Shown: positions 1-13,610 of the stretch, one piece after another
Layout: the number at the start of each line of letters is the position of its first letter
How positions within the stretch are numbered: position 1 is the stretch's first letter
Assembly: GCF_000143415.4 (NCBI RefSeq)
Contig: NW_003314269.1
Span: forward strand, 272,401-336,400
Length of the DNA stretch: 64,000 bases
Direction of reading: 5' to 3'
Origin: Selaginella moellendorffii
Lineage: Eukaryota; Plantae; Lycopodiophyta
Position numbers and translations under genes: made by a program
Notes under the pieces: generated by a model
The model's database searches: none
Told to the model about the DNA's origin: nothing
Seen by the model: only the letters and a program-made list of their open reading frames with translations

Positions 1-2903
1 GAGGTAGCCAGGAAGCACCGCGCTTGTTTGCCTCCTGCGAAAATATAAGAAAGAGAAAATGAATCAAGAAGGTTGAGAATACCAACCTGTGCAGCTAGAG
101 CTTGACTGACAGTGTACTCAGTCTCAGCTTTGAACTGTCTCCATAGATTTCGACAATCTATTGGACTCAACAACATTTTCTCCGATGGAACCTGCAAAGG
201 TAATCTCGCAGTTAGAAGAAAGGCTTTTGATCTCCCAGCTTACTCCATCCCAGGTACTTGCAGCCAACGCGCTGGAAGCTGACGTTGCCAAGGACCTGTC
301 CACTGCAGTTGCATTAGCTGGAGATTGCAAGCGTTCTGGAATTTCTCCGAGCAACCCAGTCAGTGTTTCCTCGACGTTATCAGAAGCATCTTCTTCCAAG
401 CGTATCACAGATAGCACAGAAAGAAGCTTAATAGCCTGCCATCATATACTTGTTTGTTAGTGCTGTGGTTGATGAAACGAACATAAAACGATTACCGATA
501 AACGAGCGTCTTTCGTGATCATTCTCACGTCTTCTTCACCGGTCCATACCCTTGGCATCAAGTCCTCATCGTGGCTAAAAACTGTGTTGAATCTGTAATC
601 CAAACATATAAGACCGACAGAGAAAGTTAAAAAGGCGGTACCTATCCTTCATGCGAATTAAAGCTTGACTTGCTTCTTCTCTGGCTCTTTTCTCAACCAC
701 ATTTCGCCCAAAAGCTACAAAGTCCTCTTCGATCCTCCTTAATTCCGCTGCATCTAGCTCAAAGCCCGAGACAGCTTGCAGTAAAGCGTCTTTAGCCAAA
801 TTAGTTTCATGAGCCACCAAAGTTCTCAGCGACGGCCAAGTATCTGATGATGCCGCATCTAGTAATGTTGACACAGAGTTCCCCAAAACGTCCTCTAGTT
901 GCCGCTGTACAGTTTATACTGTTAATTGAAGATATTAAAATCCTCGATGTTACCTCCGACTTTCCCACTATTTCCGCAAGCCGTTTCGCTTTCAGGTTGG
1001 ATGCGTGAGCATCTACATCTCTACGAAGCTTTTCCTTGACCTTTGAAGAATCCCAACCAGCAAGTTTAACATTTGCATCTGCAACATTTTGTCAAGATGA
1101 GAAGAATTTGGCCAACAATAAATTACCTTCGCAGCCGCGGTCAAACTCGTCAAGACATTCTTTAGTGCATCTTCTTATTGCAGCTGCAAATCCTTCTGTT
1201 TCCGACGATGCGGAGCTTGCGTCAGCAGCCTGCTTGAAGGTTGCTAACGCTTTCGCTCTATAGTGAGCTAGAACTGCTTGATAGGACGGTTGAACAAGCT
1301 GCATCAAATCAACATGAAACCAGTTTTAGAAGTAAACCTGGCACCATAATACCTCCAAGATTCGATTCATCAAGAATTCTCTTTTATGGTCTCGAACTTG
1401 TGCATCGAAGTATGCTGCTTCTGAATCGTACCTGAAAAACAAACATTTACTTACATACAACGGGGCAAGATGGGCATACTTACGAGCTAACATACTGATC
1501 CAGTAATGAATCTAGTCTTTTTCCAAATCCCGCAACTGGAACGGACTTTGCAGCCTCAGAGAGCTCCCTCCATTCCTGATAAAAACGAGTGTATTTCAAA
1601 AAGATTTTTCAAAACAGTATGAAAAAACATTTCTTCGTACCTCATCAGCTGAAAGTGCCAAAAACTTCTCGTTTGCAATTTCTTCGCAGCGCACGGTAGC
1701 TACCATAACCTGAAATATAAATTTTAGACATTAAAAATTAAACACCGACGTTTCTTAAAGGACCTTATGCGCGGGAAGATCCAAGTCCTTGTTTTCCTTG
1801 ATGACCTTCCATATTTCATGTGTACTTAAAGGAAATCCCGATCCCGNNNNNNNNNNNNNNNNNNNNNNNNNNNNNNNNNNNNNNNNNNNNNNNNNNNNNN
1901 NNNNNNNNNNNNNNNNNNNNNNNNNNNNNNNNNNNNNNNNNNNNNNAACGTCCACTCTGAGAATAGGCTCCAGAACTTCCAAAGGCGTCTGCATGGGTAT
2001 TGTGATGTGAATATAGACTTTCTAGCAGCATACTGGATGCTACCTTCGTTTTGTCCCGGATGACAAACAAGAGCGTTGTTTTACGGGGTGTGAAGAGCCG
2101 CATCATAACCTGAAAAAAAATAGGAATCAGGAATTGAGAATACGATGCTTCAAAGGATGATCACCTGAAAGACGGTCTTCAGCAAAGGTTTGTTGGCTGC
2201 GTGCTCTCGACCAATATCATGACACCACCTTTACGAAAGTACTGACGAACATAAACAGACGAAGTACTACAACAACTTACATGTTTATCAAAACAACGTC
2301 CGAAACAGCTAGCGCAAACAAAGAGCTCTGCTTTTCAAAAGCAGTGTCGTCCTGCATTTTGGAATGTCAGCTATGCATAAAGATAAAAACACACAATACC
2401 TCTCCTCTCTCACGACCATCCGTGCCTTCAAGATCCAATATCAGTGTGCACGGCTCAATACCGCTGGCCTTGGCAAGCCACACTCCTTGTGTTGTCTGAG
2501 ACCTACGCAAAGCATAAGGAAGGAAAAAGCCTAGAACAAGCAAACACCAACCTTCCCTTGAAAGCATCCATTTCTCGAAACCTCGTACGAAACAAATGGT
2601 TCAAGAGCGTGCTCTTCCCTGTTCACATCAAAAGAAAAGAGAGAGAGAGAGAGAGAGATTTTTTTTGGATATGATCTAAACACACCTACCGCTGCTTTGT
2701 GGACCCATAATCGACACCACAGCATAGGATAGCCCACATTCCGGCAGCCTCACGGATTTCACAAACTCTTCCAATCCAGCCTCGTTAAATTTACCGCTCC
2801 CGTCAATCAGCTGCATCGTGGGCACCGTGAATCCATTCTCCTGAATCGAGCAATAGACGATTGGAAACAATCGAAGAAGAAAGAAACAAACCTGGCTATG
2901 CAT
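1..2903 (-). CDS. RHD3: RHD3/SEY1 atlastin-like ER GTPase; multi-exon, 3' end outside window, N-gap inside
   Basis: Exons give MHSQ|[33 protein letters not shown]|[53 protein letters not shown] and [17 protein letters not shown]; GT-AG introns. Confidence 0.95.
1847..1946. other. Assembly gap (100 N) within RHD3
   Basis: Run of N. Confidence 1.
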
Positions 2904-3237
2904 CTTGTGGAAGGATCGGGCAAGAATGCTGGGAGAATGGATCCAAGAACCCTAGAAGGCACTAGGCAATGCTGGATCGATCGATTCGCACAAAACCCCT
3001 CAAAACCCTGCTCGCGATCAGATGCACGCCGATCTGTGCCGATGAATGCTGGCGACTGGATCGATTTCGATCGGAGCCACGCGCCTCACGATCGGCGCTC
3101 GCTAGGGAACGGGAACACAAAATAGGGCAGAGCGACTGCTCTGTTTCGTTGCCCACTGTAGGGCATTTGTGGGGAAATAAAAAAACTCCCAATTGCGTGT
3201 GAAAAACCCAAACCCTTTCTCTTTGGACGAGGGAGAC

Positions 3238-4759
3238 ATGGCGGCTATGGCGCTAGGGCATCATCACCTCTCCTTCGCGGCAGCTCCTTCGTCCGGTCGC
3301 CCTGCCAGGTAAGAATTCCTCGCAAAAATGCGACTGCATTTCGATCGATCGACACGATTTTCCATTTCTTCCGATCACGATGTGATTTGCATGCGCGATT
3401 CAAAAGAATAGCTCGTTTGCCTCGCAAAATTCTCTAGCTTTGTGGCTTAGCTTTCGAAGTTTCGTGTTCCTTCTCTCTCACCTCTTTTTTTTTTTTTTTT
3501 TGTAGAGATTCCTCGCTATTGGGTGGGAACTTCGCTTCTTTGCATAGGATCCTATCGAAGAGCCACGCCCGTGTTCTTCACCACAGTGTAAGCTGTGCTG
3601 CCGTGGTCAAGGAGAAAGAGGCCTTGGACATCCAGCAGTGGAACGATGAGGCTTACGAGGCAAGGCTACAGCACTTGGAATCACAGGCGAAAAGTGTTCT
3701 CCAGAAAACGATCGAGTGCTTTGAGAGACCAGCTTTTCCCTGTGCCTTGATCGCCGGTGATGTGGTAAGTCCATACATATTTTTCTCGAGCGTTCTAGTT
3801 CTTTGTTTTGTTTTGAAGATTTCTTCTGAGCTTGCAGGTGATGTTAGACTTGCTCCACAAAATCGGCGCCTTTGAAAAGGAGGCCGTGAAAGTCATATTC
3901 ATTGACACTTTCCATTTGTTCCCGGAGACGTACACCTTTCTGAAGAGCCTCGAGGTATGGAGAGCTATCTCCTGACGTTGGAAAAATTCATGTATGGCAT
4001 TGCAGGATAAGTATGACTTCAAGGCCCGTGTGTTTCACGCAGCGGACTTTACCACCAAGGAGGAATACCTTGCAAAGCATGGATCGGACCTCTACATTAG
4101 GGTAAATCTGTCAGACAATCCCTCCGCTTCATGTGATTGGGAAAAACGTTGTAGAATATAGACGAGTATGACAAGATCTGCAAGGTGGAGCCTTTCAATC
4201 GAGCCTTGTCGAGTCTCCAGGTAAGGGGAGAGATTGAAGCTGCCGTTTTCTTCTAACAATTTCTCCAGGTTGATGCGATGATAAATGGAAGAAGACGTGA
4301 TCATGGCGCTGAAAGAGCTCATCTGGAGGTAAGCCGACATAATACTATTTAGTCAGTGTATAAAGTTGAGGCCTTTCAGGTAGCTCAAGCTGGAAAGATG
4401 GTGAATGTCCAGCCACTTGCATACTGGGAATTCAGGCGAGTTTATTTCTTGTTATTGCAATCTAGAGATAGTTGAGGTTTGTTTTTCTCCCAGGGATTGC
4501 TGGAGCTACCTGAAGAAAAATAGCGTTCCCTATCATCCACTTCACGACAAGGGGTATCCAAGCATTGGAGACGTCCAAAGCACGCTGCCAGTGCCTAAAG
4601 AGAAATGGTTCGAGTATGGTGGAGAGCGATCTGGCCGCTTCCAGGTATTGCGAATAAAGATAGCACTGAAAGAGAAACTGATTTTACTTGAATATCCAGG
4701 GCCTCACGAACAAAGATGGCTCGCTCAAGACTGAATGCGGGATACACACCCAAAAGTAG
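3238..4759 (+). CDS. APR-B: APS/PAPS reductase family, APR-B type (no Fe-S cysteines), with probable plastid transit peptide
   Basis: Spliced peptide has FIDTFHLFPETY, YDKICKVEPFNRAL, INGRRRDHGAER, QPLAYWEF, YHPLHDKGYPSIGDVQST, ERSGRF and C-terminal KTECGIHTQK*; no thioredoxin tail. Confidence 0.88.
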
Positions 4760-5040
4760 TCGAAGTTTGTTTCTAGGGACAAAATCAAAGGAATAAAACA
4801 CCTCTTTTCCCAAAAGAAAGGAATATGTAATATTGTTTTTGGTTTGCTTAAGCAAGCCAGTAGGATATAACTAAAATATACCATCTAATGGTTGTTATTT
4901 AGATTAATTTTGTATTTATAATTTATAAACTTTTCTAAACATTTTCTAACATATTTTAGTTTATTCCAATGGTTGATATTCAATAAAATTAATCTTGTGT
5001 ATATAAATTATAAACATGTTTATAGTTTTAAACTTATATT

Positions 5041-8000
5041 TGTGAGTGTATAAAATATAGAAATGAATTACAGAAATATGCATATCAATTAGCCCAAAAA
5101 AAACCTCTAGCTTGTATATAAAAGTGATTGGTTTAGATTAAAAACAATCTGATAACTATCAAAATCCCATTACATCAATATTAATGTTTGACATTATAAT
5201 TATACATTTGGACCTTATATCATCTTCTCAAAAGGATAAGAGGCAGTCAAAGTTCTTTGGTTGACAAGCTGAGATCTAAAGGAATATTAAGACAAGGCAT
5301 CAATAGATCTATAAGTTATATCAATTATTCCTACTCCCTTTATATAAAGTGTTTTAACTGCTATATATACACAATTTCTAAACAATCTACCTATTGAATA
5401 TCACAAATCCTTAAGCCCTAAAGTGGAGTTGAAGCTATGCCCTGTGGTAGTGGTCAAAAAGGAAGTCTAACGAATGTAATATGTTTGGACTAAAAGCTCT
5501 AACTCGGAAAGTCAAGAGCAAAATTGAGCTTCAAATAAAATGCTTAAGGAATGAATATAAAACAATTGATGAATGAATTTCTAGAAAATGACATAAGAAG
5601 GACTGACACATGGAAGTGTGAGGACTGAGTCTAATATAGAATTCAAAATGGAGTCTAAGAAGGAGTTTGAGATGCAATCTAAAATAGAATCTAAAATGGA
5701 GTTTTAGAAGAGTCCAAGATGGGGACCGAGATTAGGACCTAGATCAAGACTAGGACCGAAACCGAAACCAGAACCAAGACCAAGCCAAATCTGAGTTTGA
5801 GGGTGAAAGTCCAAAGCAATTGTCTCCTAGACTTTAGGGGTTTGGTGAGTTCTAGATAACACAAAATTTTAGAAAATCCATTGATATTAGAATAACAGAC
5901 TCATCAAGAGTATGAAAAGAGTGTGAAGAAAGGAGAGGAGCTCAAGAAAAGGCATCAATATTAATTATAGAATTTCTTGGGCAATGAACAACCTCGAAAT
6001 CATATATTTGAATCTTTAGGCCCTATTGATCAATAACAAAATAACCATATTAACGAAGTAATTTCTATTTCAATAGCAAAGTAACTGTAACATAATCACT
6101 TTCTAATAATGTCTGAAAACCATGCAAGTATGCATGAAGTTTCTCAAAACTTCAAATTGCAACTAAACACTCCTCTACTATAGAGTAGTTCATCTCTATT
6201 AGTTATAATATACAGCTAATATATGCAATAGGATAGCATTAATCAAGCACACTCAAGCTCTTTTGCATCAATACACCTCCAAAACTGATATAAAAAACAT
6301 TTATGTGTAAAATGAATAGTTAGAATATGTTAGAATTAAAGGAGTCGTTAGCAACTCTTTGAGATCCGTAAATATTTGCTCATGGTCCATATACTAAATG
6401 AAGATGATGTTGACGACTTCAACAATACTCATAACAATGTAGTATGACTAGAAAAATGATCAATAAACGATTGAGATATTGCATCGGGTCTAATAAGCAC
6501 TACACATCATTTACACATTTTAGAGTAAGAACTTTAGAACAGCTATAAATTTCTCAAGATCAATTTATAAACCTTTATAAAAAATATAGTACCCAAGATA
6601 AGTCGTATCCTTGCACCCAAACATGCACTTCTACTGTTTCAATTTTAAACCAACATCCCATAACCCATTCAACACCTTGCGAATATCATGAATGTGCTCT
6701 TCCCATATCCCTCTTGAATTGATCAAAACATCATTAATGAAGTTAGCAGTCACCTTTGACATAAATTCAAAAGCTTCGTCAACTGGGCTTTTTATATTTA
6801 TCATAAAGAACTTCGTCCATCATCTGCTAGAAAGTTGCTCAAGCATTATTCAAATTGAATAGCATCATCAAAAACTCGTACAAACCAAATGCCAAGGACT
6901 TTGAGGCTTTTGGATAACACCCTTTTCTAACACCCTTTGATGTTCCTCTATAAAATCTTGATCTCCCTTAGTGCTAAACACTTAATAAAAACTTTGATTA
7001 AATGAGTATCCTCAATTGAAATAAGATGACATGTTGCAATCTTAACCCTAAATGAGAGGTCAAAGTTGAAGAGATCAACATACTCCTTTTTGAGTCCATC
7101 CACCACTATAACATATAGATTGTTAGAGGAATTTGGAGAGGGAATAGAGGAGTAATATGGATATACAATAAGAAACAATGGGGAGATAAAAATGATAAAA
7201 GTAGAGGTGGAAGTGGAAAGATAAGGGGGAGCAAAAGTTAGAGGAATGGATAAAATATGAAGAAGTATGAGACAAAGGGGGAAAATTTCATAATTACGCT
7301 TGGCATGATTCCACTGCAATTAATCCATATCAAGGATGAAGTCAAAAACTTGACTTGGTATTACCCATAACAATTAAAGTTCAAACTCAAAATCTCCTAC
7401 ACACAAAGCTAAATTTACTTTATCCTATGCACATATATATGTATGGCTATTGCCATAAAGAATGAAGATTGGCTTCACCACATAACACAACTGTAGATGG
7501 TAATATATGGCAACATGCTGAGTAATAGAAGATAAACTTAAACTTATATCAACTAACATAGAGAAAATAATAGAAAACCTCTTGTTATAAAAATGAGCTT
7601 GGAAAGTAAATATTAAATGTTCTAGTGCTGAGTGAACCTCTTGATAGTACTTACAAAAGAAGGATGAAAGGGTTATTAACTTATTCGCTCAAACACTTTC
7701 TATTACTCATATGACTCCTTATTTCCCAGAAGATTCTTTATGTCAAAACTTTCCACTTCAACAATACTAGCAAAACATTATTGATGATAAGGCTTCCACT
7801 TAAGAAAATGAAGGATGTTAATCCAGAAAATGCTGATAATACAGATATATGTGGCTAACCTCATCACATATTTAACAATAGATATCACAATTATAACCAC
7901 ATCCTCACTTTTATCCTTGAACATGAGTAGCAATAATATGAACTTTAATTAGAATAGGACCATTTCCTTTAGAAAGGGAAGTTGAAGGACATATAACAAG

Positions 8001-8450
8001 AAGTGGAAAAGGCAATATTTTATAATGTTATGTCAGTCAAAGAGCATTGTCAAAGGTGGCTGGAATAAGTGTGTGTATAAATCCCATAATATCTTGATAA
8101 AATGTTAGCTATAATATTTGTAACTTGATCTATTTTGACATATTTGGCTCCATACAAAGCAAGAGGCTTTAGAAGTTAACACCAAATTGCATCATTGATT
8201 TAGATAATCCAAAACAAAGATGATATAATTGTTAAAAAGCATCAATCACAATCATTAGCATGTCCAAATGCACATTTGAAAAAAAATTTGGAAGAATATT
8301 CTAATCCATATGAAATATAATCCCAAACATCAAATAAAGTATTACTAAAAACTTTGCCCTTCAAGAATAAATTGCATGCCTCTCATAATATTAATTTTTA
8401 AAATTAGGTATATAACATTTTTAGAAGTAACATCATCATCTAAATATTTT
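5041..8450 (-). mobile_element. Heavily decayed copy of Ty3/gypsy family A (homolog of 23618-28303), with family C sequence inserted at ~5230-5880
   Basis: 5041-5219 aligns to the family A LTR; ~5900-8450 is colinear with RNase H, RT, protease and gag of the young copy (e.g. 7561-7700 vs 26821-26960); 5401-5520 resembles 32240-32360. Confidence 0.85.
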
Positions 8451-9554
8451 ACAAGGTCAAATTTGTTAAAATTAGTATTTAATAAAGTCACTTAAATAAA
8501 ACAACAAACTTAAAAATAGTAATAATTTATTTTTCTCTATCAGGATTTATATTATAGTACTTCAGATACTAAAAGCTTAATTTTAGAGAATATTTAAATT
8601 AATTAAATTAAAAGAATTCTAGGAGTCACAACTTATTATTACTCACTATATTATCAGTTTTAGAGTGGTACAAAAATTAACATTTTGTGGTAAAGAGAGT
8701 CTAATTTTTTTTCAAACAAACATTAAATTATCTATTTTTACTAATTAAAATGTAAATAAAATTTTAAAGATTTAATAGCATGCCTATCTACTATAATGTC
8801 AATATGACTTTTTTTTGTCACAAACTCATAAAAGTGATGAGATATAATATTTGCTACATATTTATAAAAATATTAATAAATGGTTAATGATTAAAAAACT
8901 ATAAAACATTATTGATAAAAATAAATTTAAGAAAAGTCTTTTCATTAAAGCTTAGTCTATAGCATTTGCGAATACCAAACTTAATTTTTGATAAATCTTA
9001 GTCATATTTATTTCCTAAAAAAATTGATAAAATTAGTTGTAAATTTATTTTTTAATAAAATATAAAATAAATTTATTATTATTTTAATAATAAATATATT
9101 TATTTTATCTATGATATTTAAAAATAATAAAAAGTGTGGGTAAAAAGAATTAATTTTTTTAGAGTAATACCAAGAACCAAAACCAAATAATTAAATACTT
9201 TTTTAAAAACAATTATAGCTCTTTAAAAAAGTTATGAGGATGTGGGTTAGGATAATTTTCTACTTTGAAAATCTTTTTACCATTATTATATTTTATAGAA
9301 AAAGTACTTTGTTTGTTGTTATTCATCCAAATGAATATTTCCTATTTTAAATATAATTAAATATTTCTTTAAAATTTCAATATGATTTAAAATATTTCAA
9401 TGCAATATAATTTTTATAATAACATTAATAATGACTATGGTTGAGTGTGGAGGAAAACAATTTGGCCGCTGAGCACTAAGCTAGTGTTAAAAGACAAACT
9501 GATTTTAATCTCACTAAAAACAACAAAAAAAGAAAAACTGCTTGAGAACAATGC

Positions 9555-11875
9555 TCATTTCCAAAAATCATTTCCAGAACTGAAAGCTCTGAAAGAAAGA
9601 ATGAAAAACTTTCTGAGGCTCAAGTTAGAACTGCGTTTAGTCTGTGGGCACAAACCCGAGCAGAATTTCATAGGCAACCTGGAAGAACTCGTCATATAAG
9701 GATTAACAAATTCGACAGGCTCTACCTTCCTCCAGTTGCCAGATTAAAAGCAGTGCTGGAAGCAACCGTGGAATCCCATCTGGAAAACAATCCTAAAATA
9801 AATGGCATGGTAATTTCGTCTGCAGCGAAGATCAATTTATAAAACCAGAAAAAAAGAGGAAAAGGATAATTACCAAAAGTGGCGAGCCTGGAGTGGAGCC
9901 TTGACACTGCTACCTCGTTACTCACAACTTCAAAGTGGAACTCCAGGCCAGATGGAAACCTCTTCCTTGCAACTATCCACTGCCACAGTTCAACATAAGG
10001 AAACGTCTTGATGAGCTCAACTGCGATTTGCAGTAGAAATCTGGGAACGGTGAGAGACGCGTGTAATATCGTGAAAAAAGTGTAAAACACCGACGTTGTG
10101 GGAAGCAGCAGGAGGAGCGGCGTAAACATTAGAGAAGCAACCACGAGCTCTTCCACTGAATACTCGTAGCTATCAATCCGGTTTCTCAACGGATTAAACT
10201 TTCGACCCCTGAAAAAACGTTTGTCAAGAAAAATTAAATAGAAAAGTTGTCTTGTGTTACCTGAACATTCGCCACAACGCTGCGAGTACCTTGAGCTGGT
10301 TCCCATATATGAAGGCGGTCACTCTTTGAAGCATAGTTATGTGAGCAGTCGCCATAAAGACAGCGTCCACCATAACTGAGGTTGAGACGCTGGCACCGAG
10401 TAGAATCGAGACTGCTCCCAGGCATTGTAACAACCGAACAGAAGCTGGGAAAAGCTCCAGAAACGTCAAGAAAGCCTGGGTGACGTTCAAAGCGGCAGTC
10501 CCCATAACCTCGGCAAGCTCGTTGTTAAGCTTGAAGCCGGCTGGAACTCCCATGAGCCAGATGCATCCAGTTCGCAGGACGTCGTTGGTCAAGAAGCAAG
10601 AGAGAGTCACGACGAACACCGCGATGGCGTTTTGGAACATAAGCACAAGGACGCCAAGCACCGTGCCAAGCACTAAATCCACGGCTATCTTGAACCATAA
10701 CGAATGTCTCAGCAAGTCAAGTCGATGGAAAACGGCTGCATTTGGATGTTGAGGCCTGCAAATGCAAATGCAAACACAAACTTCAAGAAAAAAAAAAGAA
10801 GCCAAAAACATACCCGTCAGTGCACCAGAAAAATACCGAAGGCCACATACTAAGCTCCTGGAATCGATTCTGAATGCTTTGGAACGTACTGCTAGAACGC
10901 AGTGCACAGCTCACAAGTGGCATTGAAAGGAGCCAGTTTGACGCCAGAAACCAGACCCGACTAGCAGCAAAGTATAGTGAGGATAAAATAGCAGCCACTC
11001 CGGTCAAGACACTGCAAAATTATCAACATGAGCACAGAAACTAAGCATCATAACAACTTACATAGAAAATGTGTCTCGGAACGTCGAATGAGCAACTTTG
11101 TCAGTCGCAGCATCCAGAAAAGAAGCACAGTTAAGCTGCCGCGTCACCATAGCCTGTATAGCAACCACAATATAAATCCTGCTTCTCGCGTTCAAGTAAC
11201 ATCAAATGACTTCTTACCAAAGAAAACTTACGATATCTGGACCTCTATTTTGCTGCTCAAGCTCTAGAATCCAGTAAGGCTTCTTGTCAATGTTTCCTGG
11301 CTCAAAACTTTGGAGCCTGAAACACGAGGGGAAAAAATCCCACTGCTGGAGTGAAAAATGGTGGCTCCGGAAGAGAGGGGGATTGTACAGAACAAACTAA
11401 AATCACGAGAAAACTTAAAAGAAGAAGGAAAAAAAAAATCCGAATGACTTACGTGAACTTTCGGTGAGCATGGCTTGCCTTCGAGAGTGATGGAACAATG
11501 CGTGGGAGTCGAAAATCCATCCCGGGCGGCAGCGCAGGAGCATGTTATCCACAACTTGCTCCTCGATTCCGGCATGGCAAGCTCTCGCGGCTCTAGCTCG
11601 TTGGCAATACACAAGCCAAGCACACAGACATCCCCGCAGCATTCTTCTAGCGCTCGCAAGCTGCGCCTTGTGAAGAATCCCTACACAGAGAGACAGAGAG
11701 AGGGAGAAAGGGATCGCGGAAAAATCTCAATGCTGCTCACCTCCAGATCAAATGCCGGAGCCGCCGCAGCCACGACGAGATCAGCACAGCGCCTGTGAAG
11801 ATTGATCCATCCCAGCAGCGCCAGAGGCCCGCCCTGGCGGAGGCGCGGAGGCCACCATATCCGACAAAGCTCCAT
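9555..11875 (-). CDS. GPI1: GPI-GlcNAc transferase subunit PIG-Q/GPI1
   Basis: MELCRIWWP start; LRTGCIWLMGVPAGFKLNNELA, LAALWRMFR|GRKFNPLRNRIDSYEYSVEELVVASLMFTPLLLLLPTTSVFY are Gpi1-domain motifs. Confidence 0.92.
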
Positions 11876-11965
11876 TACAAATATTTGGCCTAGGTTTAGG
11901 GTTCTACCACTTTACACCTTTTAGAGGAGAATATAGAATATGCTCTGAGAGCTAGGTTTTGGGGC

Positions 11966-12911
11966 ATGGATTCTTACAGGACATGGGATATAGCGCACTG
12001 GCCAGAGGACATCGTGCTGTGCGTGGATGTGGATTTGGAGATGGATTCCGAGCTCAAGAAGGGCCACGCACTGACGAGGATGGATGCGATCAAGCAAGCG
12101 CTTCTAATGTTCGTGCATTCCAAGCTCCTCATGTCGGCCGATCACGCATTTTCCATCGCTACCATCGGACAGGGGGCTTCTTGGGTGAGTGGCAGGCTCT
12201 TGCCAGCAGCAAAAATTCTTTCGCGATCTAGTCTCTGGTTCTCGAGATTTCGCTGCAGAGATTTTTTCATTTGGTCCTCTGGAAGTTTTGGCTTAAGATT
12301 CTCTTTTCTGTGTAGCACTCACACCAATATCTACGCGACTTCGATGCAATCTCGACCTCGATTCGCAGCTTGAGCTCTCAAGGCTCTTACACAAAGTGTG
12401 ACCTCTCCAGCCTCTTTCAGCTCATACTTCCCGACGCCAGAGCCTCCAAGAAACGAAGTCGAGCTTTTCGAGTGGTAAGAGCATTTTTGGTTTTCTCCTT
12501 CGTAGATGAGCTCATACCCTGTGTTTGCTTCGTATCCAGATCCTCGTCTACTGCAGATCAAACACTGTTCCAAAGTTTAACATCCACATTCCGGATCCAA
12601 GCCTTGTAGTTTTCGACGCTCTCTACCTCCACGACAAGCCAAATCCCAGCAACTGTCCCCAGCAAGTGTACGATGCTCTGGTGGAGATTTTGGAGAGGGT
12701 TCACGCTCACAGTTACATCTTTGAGAGTGGAGGTGGTCTCACGCGTGTGCTCTTCAGACACATTTGTCAGCTCTTGGCTCATCCCCAGCAGCGCTGCTTG
12801 CAAGACGATTCTCTTCCTGTGGATCTTTCCAAGCCGAATGCTCCGGCCGCTGCTACAGATGGATCCGCACAGAATCAGGTGGATGAGAAAATAAACTCGT
12901 TGGCGATATGA
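11966..12911 (+). CDS. BABAM1/MERIT40-like vWA protein (BRISC/BRCA1-A complex member), 3 exons
   Basis: PEDIVLCVDVDLEM..LTRMDAIKQALLMFVHSKLLMSADHAF, CDLSSLF, RVILVYCRS, FDALYLHDKPNPSNCPQQVYDAL, LLAHPQQRCLQDD. Confidence 0.8.
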
Positions 12912-12973
12912 TTTACTTTTTGCCTTAATCTGCTAAGTTTTGGGATCTCAAGCACCAATAAAACAGCAGCGAA

Positions 12974-13056
12974 TCCGACCTGCCGGAATCGAACCAGCGA
13001 CCTAAGGATGTCTGAGCAACTACAGTCCTCCGCTCTACCAACTGAGCTAAGGTCGG
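12974..13056 (-). tRNA. trnY-GUA: tRNA-Tyr(GUA) with 10-nt intron (13010-13019)
   Basis: Reverse complement CCGACCTTAGCTCAGTTGGTAGAGCGGAGGACTGTAG-[TTGCTCAGAC]-ATCCTTAGGTCGCTGGTTCGATTCCGGCAGGTCGGA matches plant cytosolic tRNA-Tyr; TTTT terminator just downstream. Confidence 0.97.
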
Positions 13057-13610
13057 TTTTATGATAAACCCGTTTGCTTAGGTATCTTAAAAATATTCTC
13101 TTTAAAAAACTATTTAATCCATCAGGATTTTACTATCAGTCCTCTTTTTTTTTTCTTTGATGATTTCTTTATTTTTTGGATACTCTACTGGAAAAATATG
13201 GCTACAATGCAATGGTGACTGATGTGTTGATGGACTATTAACAGCTTCATGCATAACTAAAGATCAAATACTGTGTAAAGGAACTCACAAGTTGTAGGGT
13301 GAATTTGGTGTGTAGATGCAGGAGACAATGATATTACTCAAACAGTATATCGTTATATACACTATACTCATCGTTATATTGAATAACGATGGACATATCC
13401 TGAATGTTCACCAGAAGAACCTGAACCATTCATATTACAAAACAGCATAGATAACAAGGAACAGCTTGTTAGAAATCAGAAGAAAGTATCAAGAATTGTA
13501 TAGTCCAAATTCGGCTTATATTGTTAAGGCTCTTCTTGTTTTGGCTTGAAGTACCTGGAAGATCACATATACATTCCAAGTAGACAACTTTACCCTGGGC
13601 TTAAACAACA

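Noticed and set aside
5620-5800. Short periodic repeats (GACCGA/GAGTCT-like) as a CRISPR or functional array
   Set aside because: Degenerate 6-12 bp tandem units without spacers; they recur at ~33720 as part of a repeat family
6948-7319. 123 aa hydrophobic ORF
   Set aside because: Decayed protease-RT linker of the old family A copy
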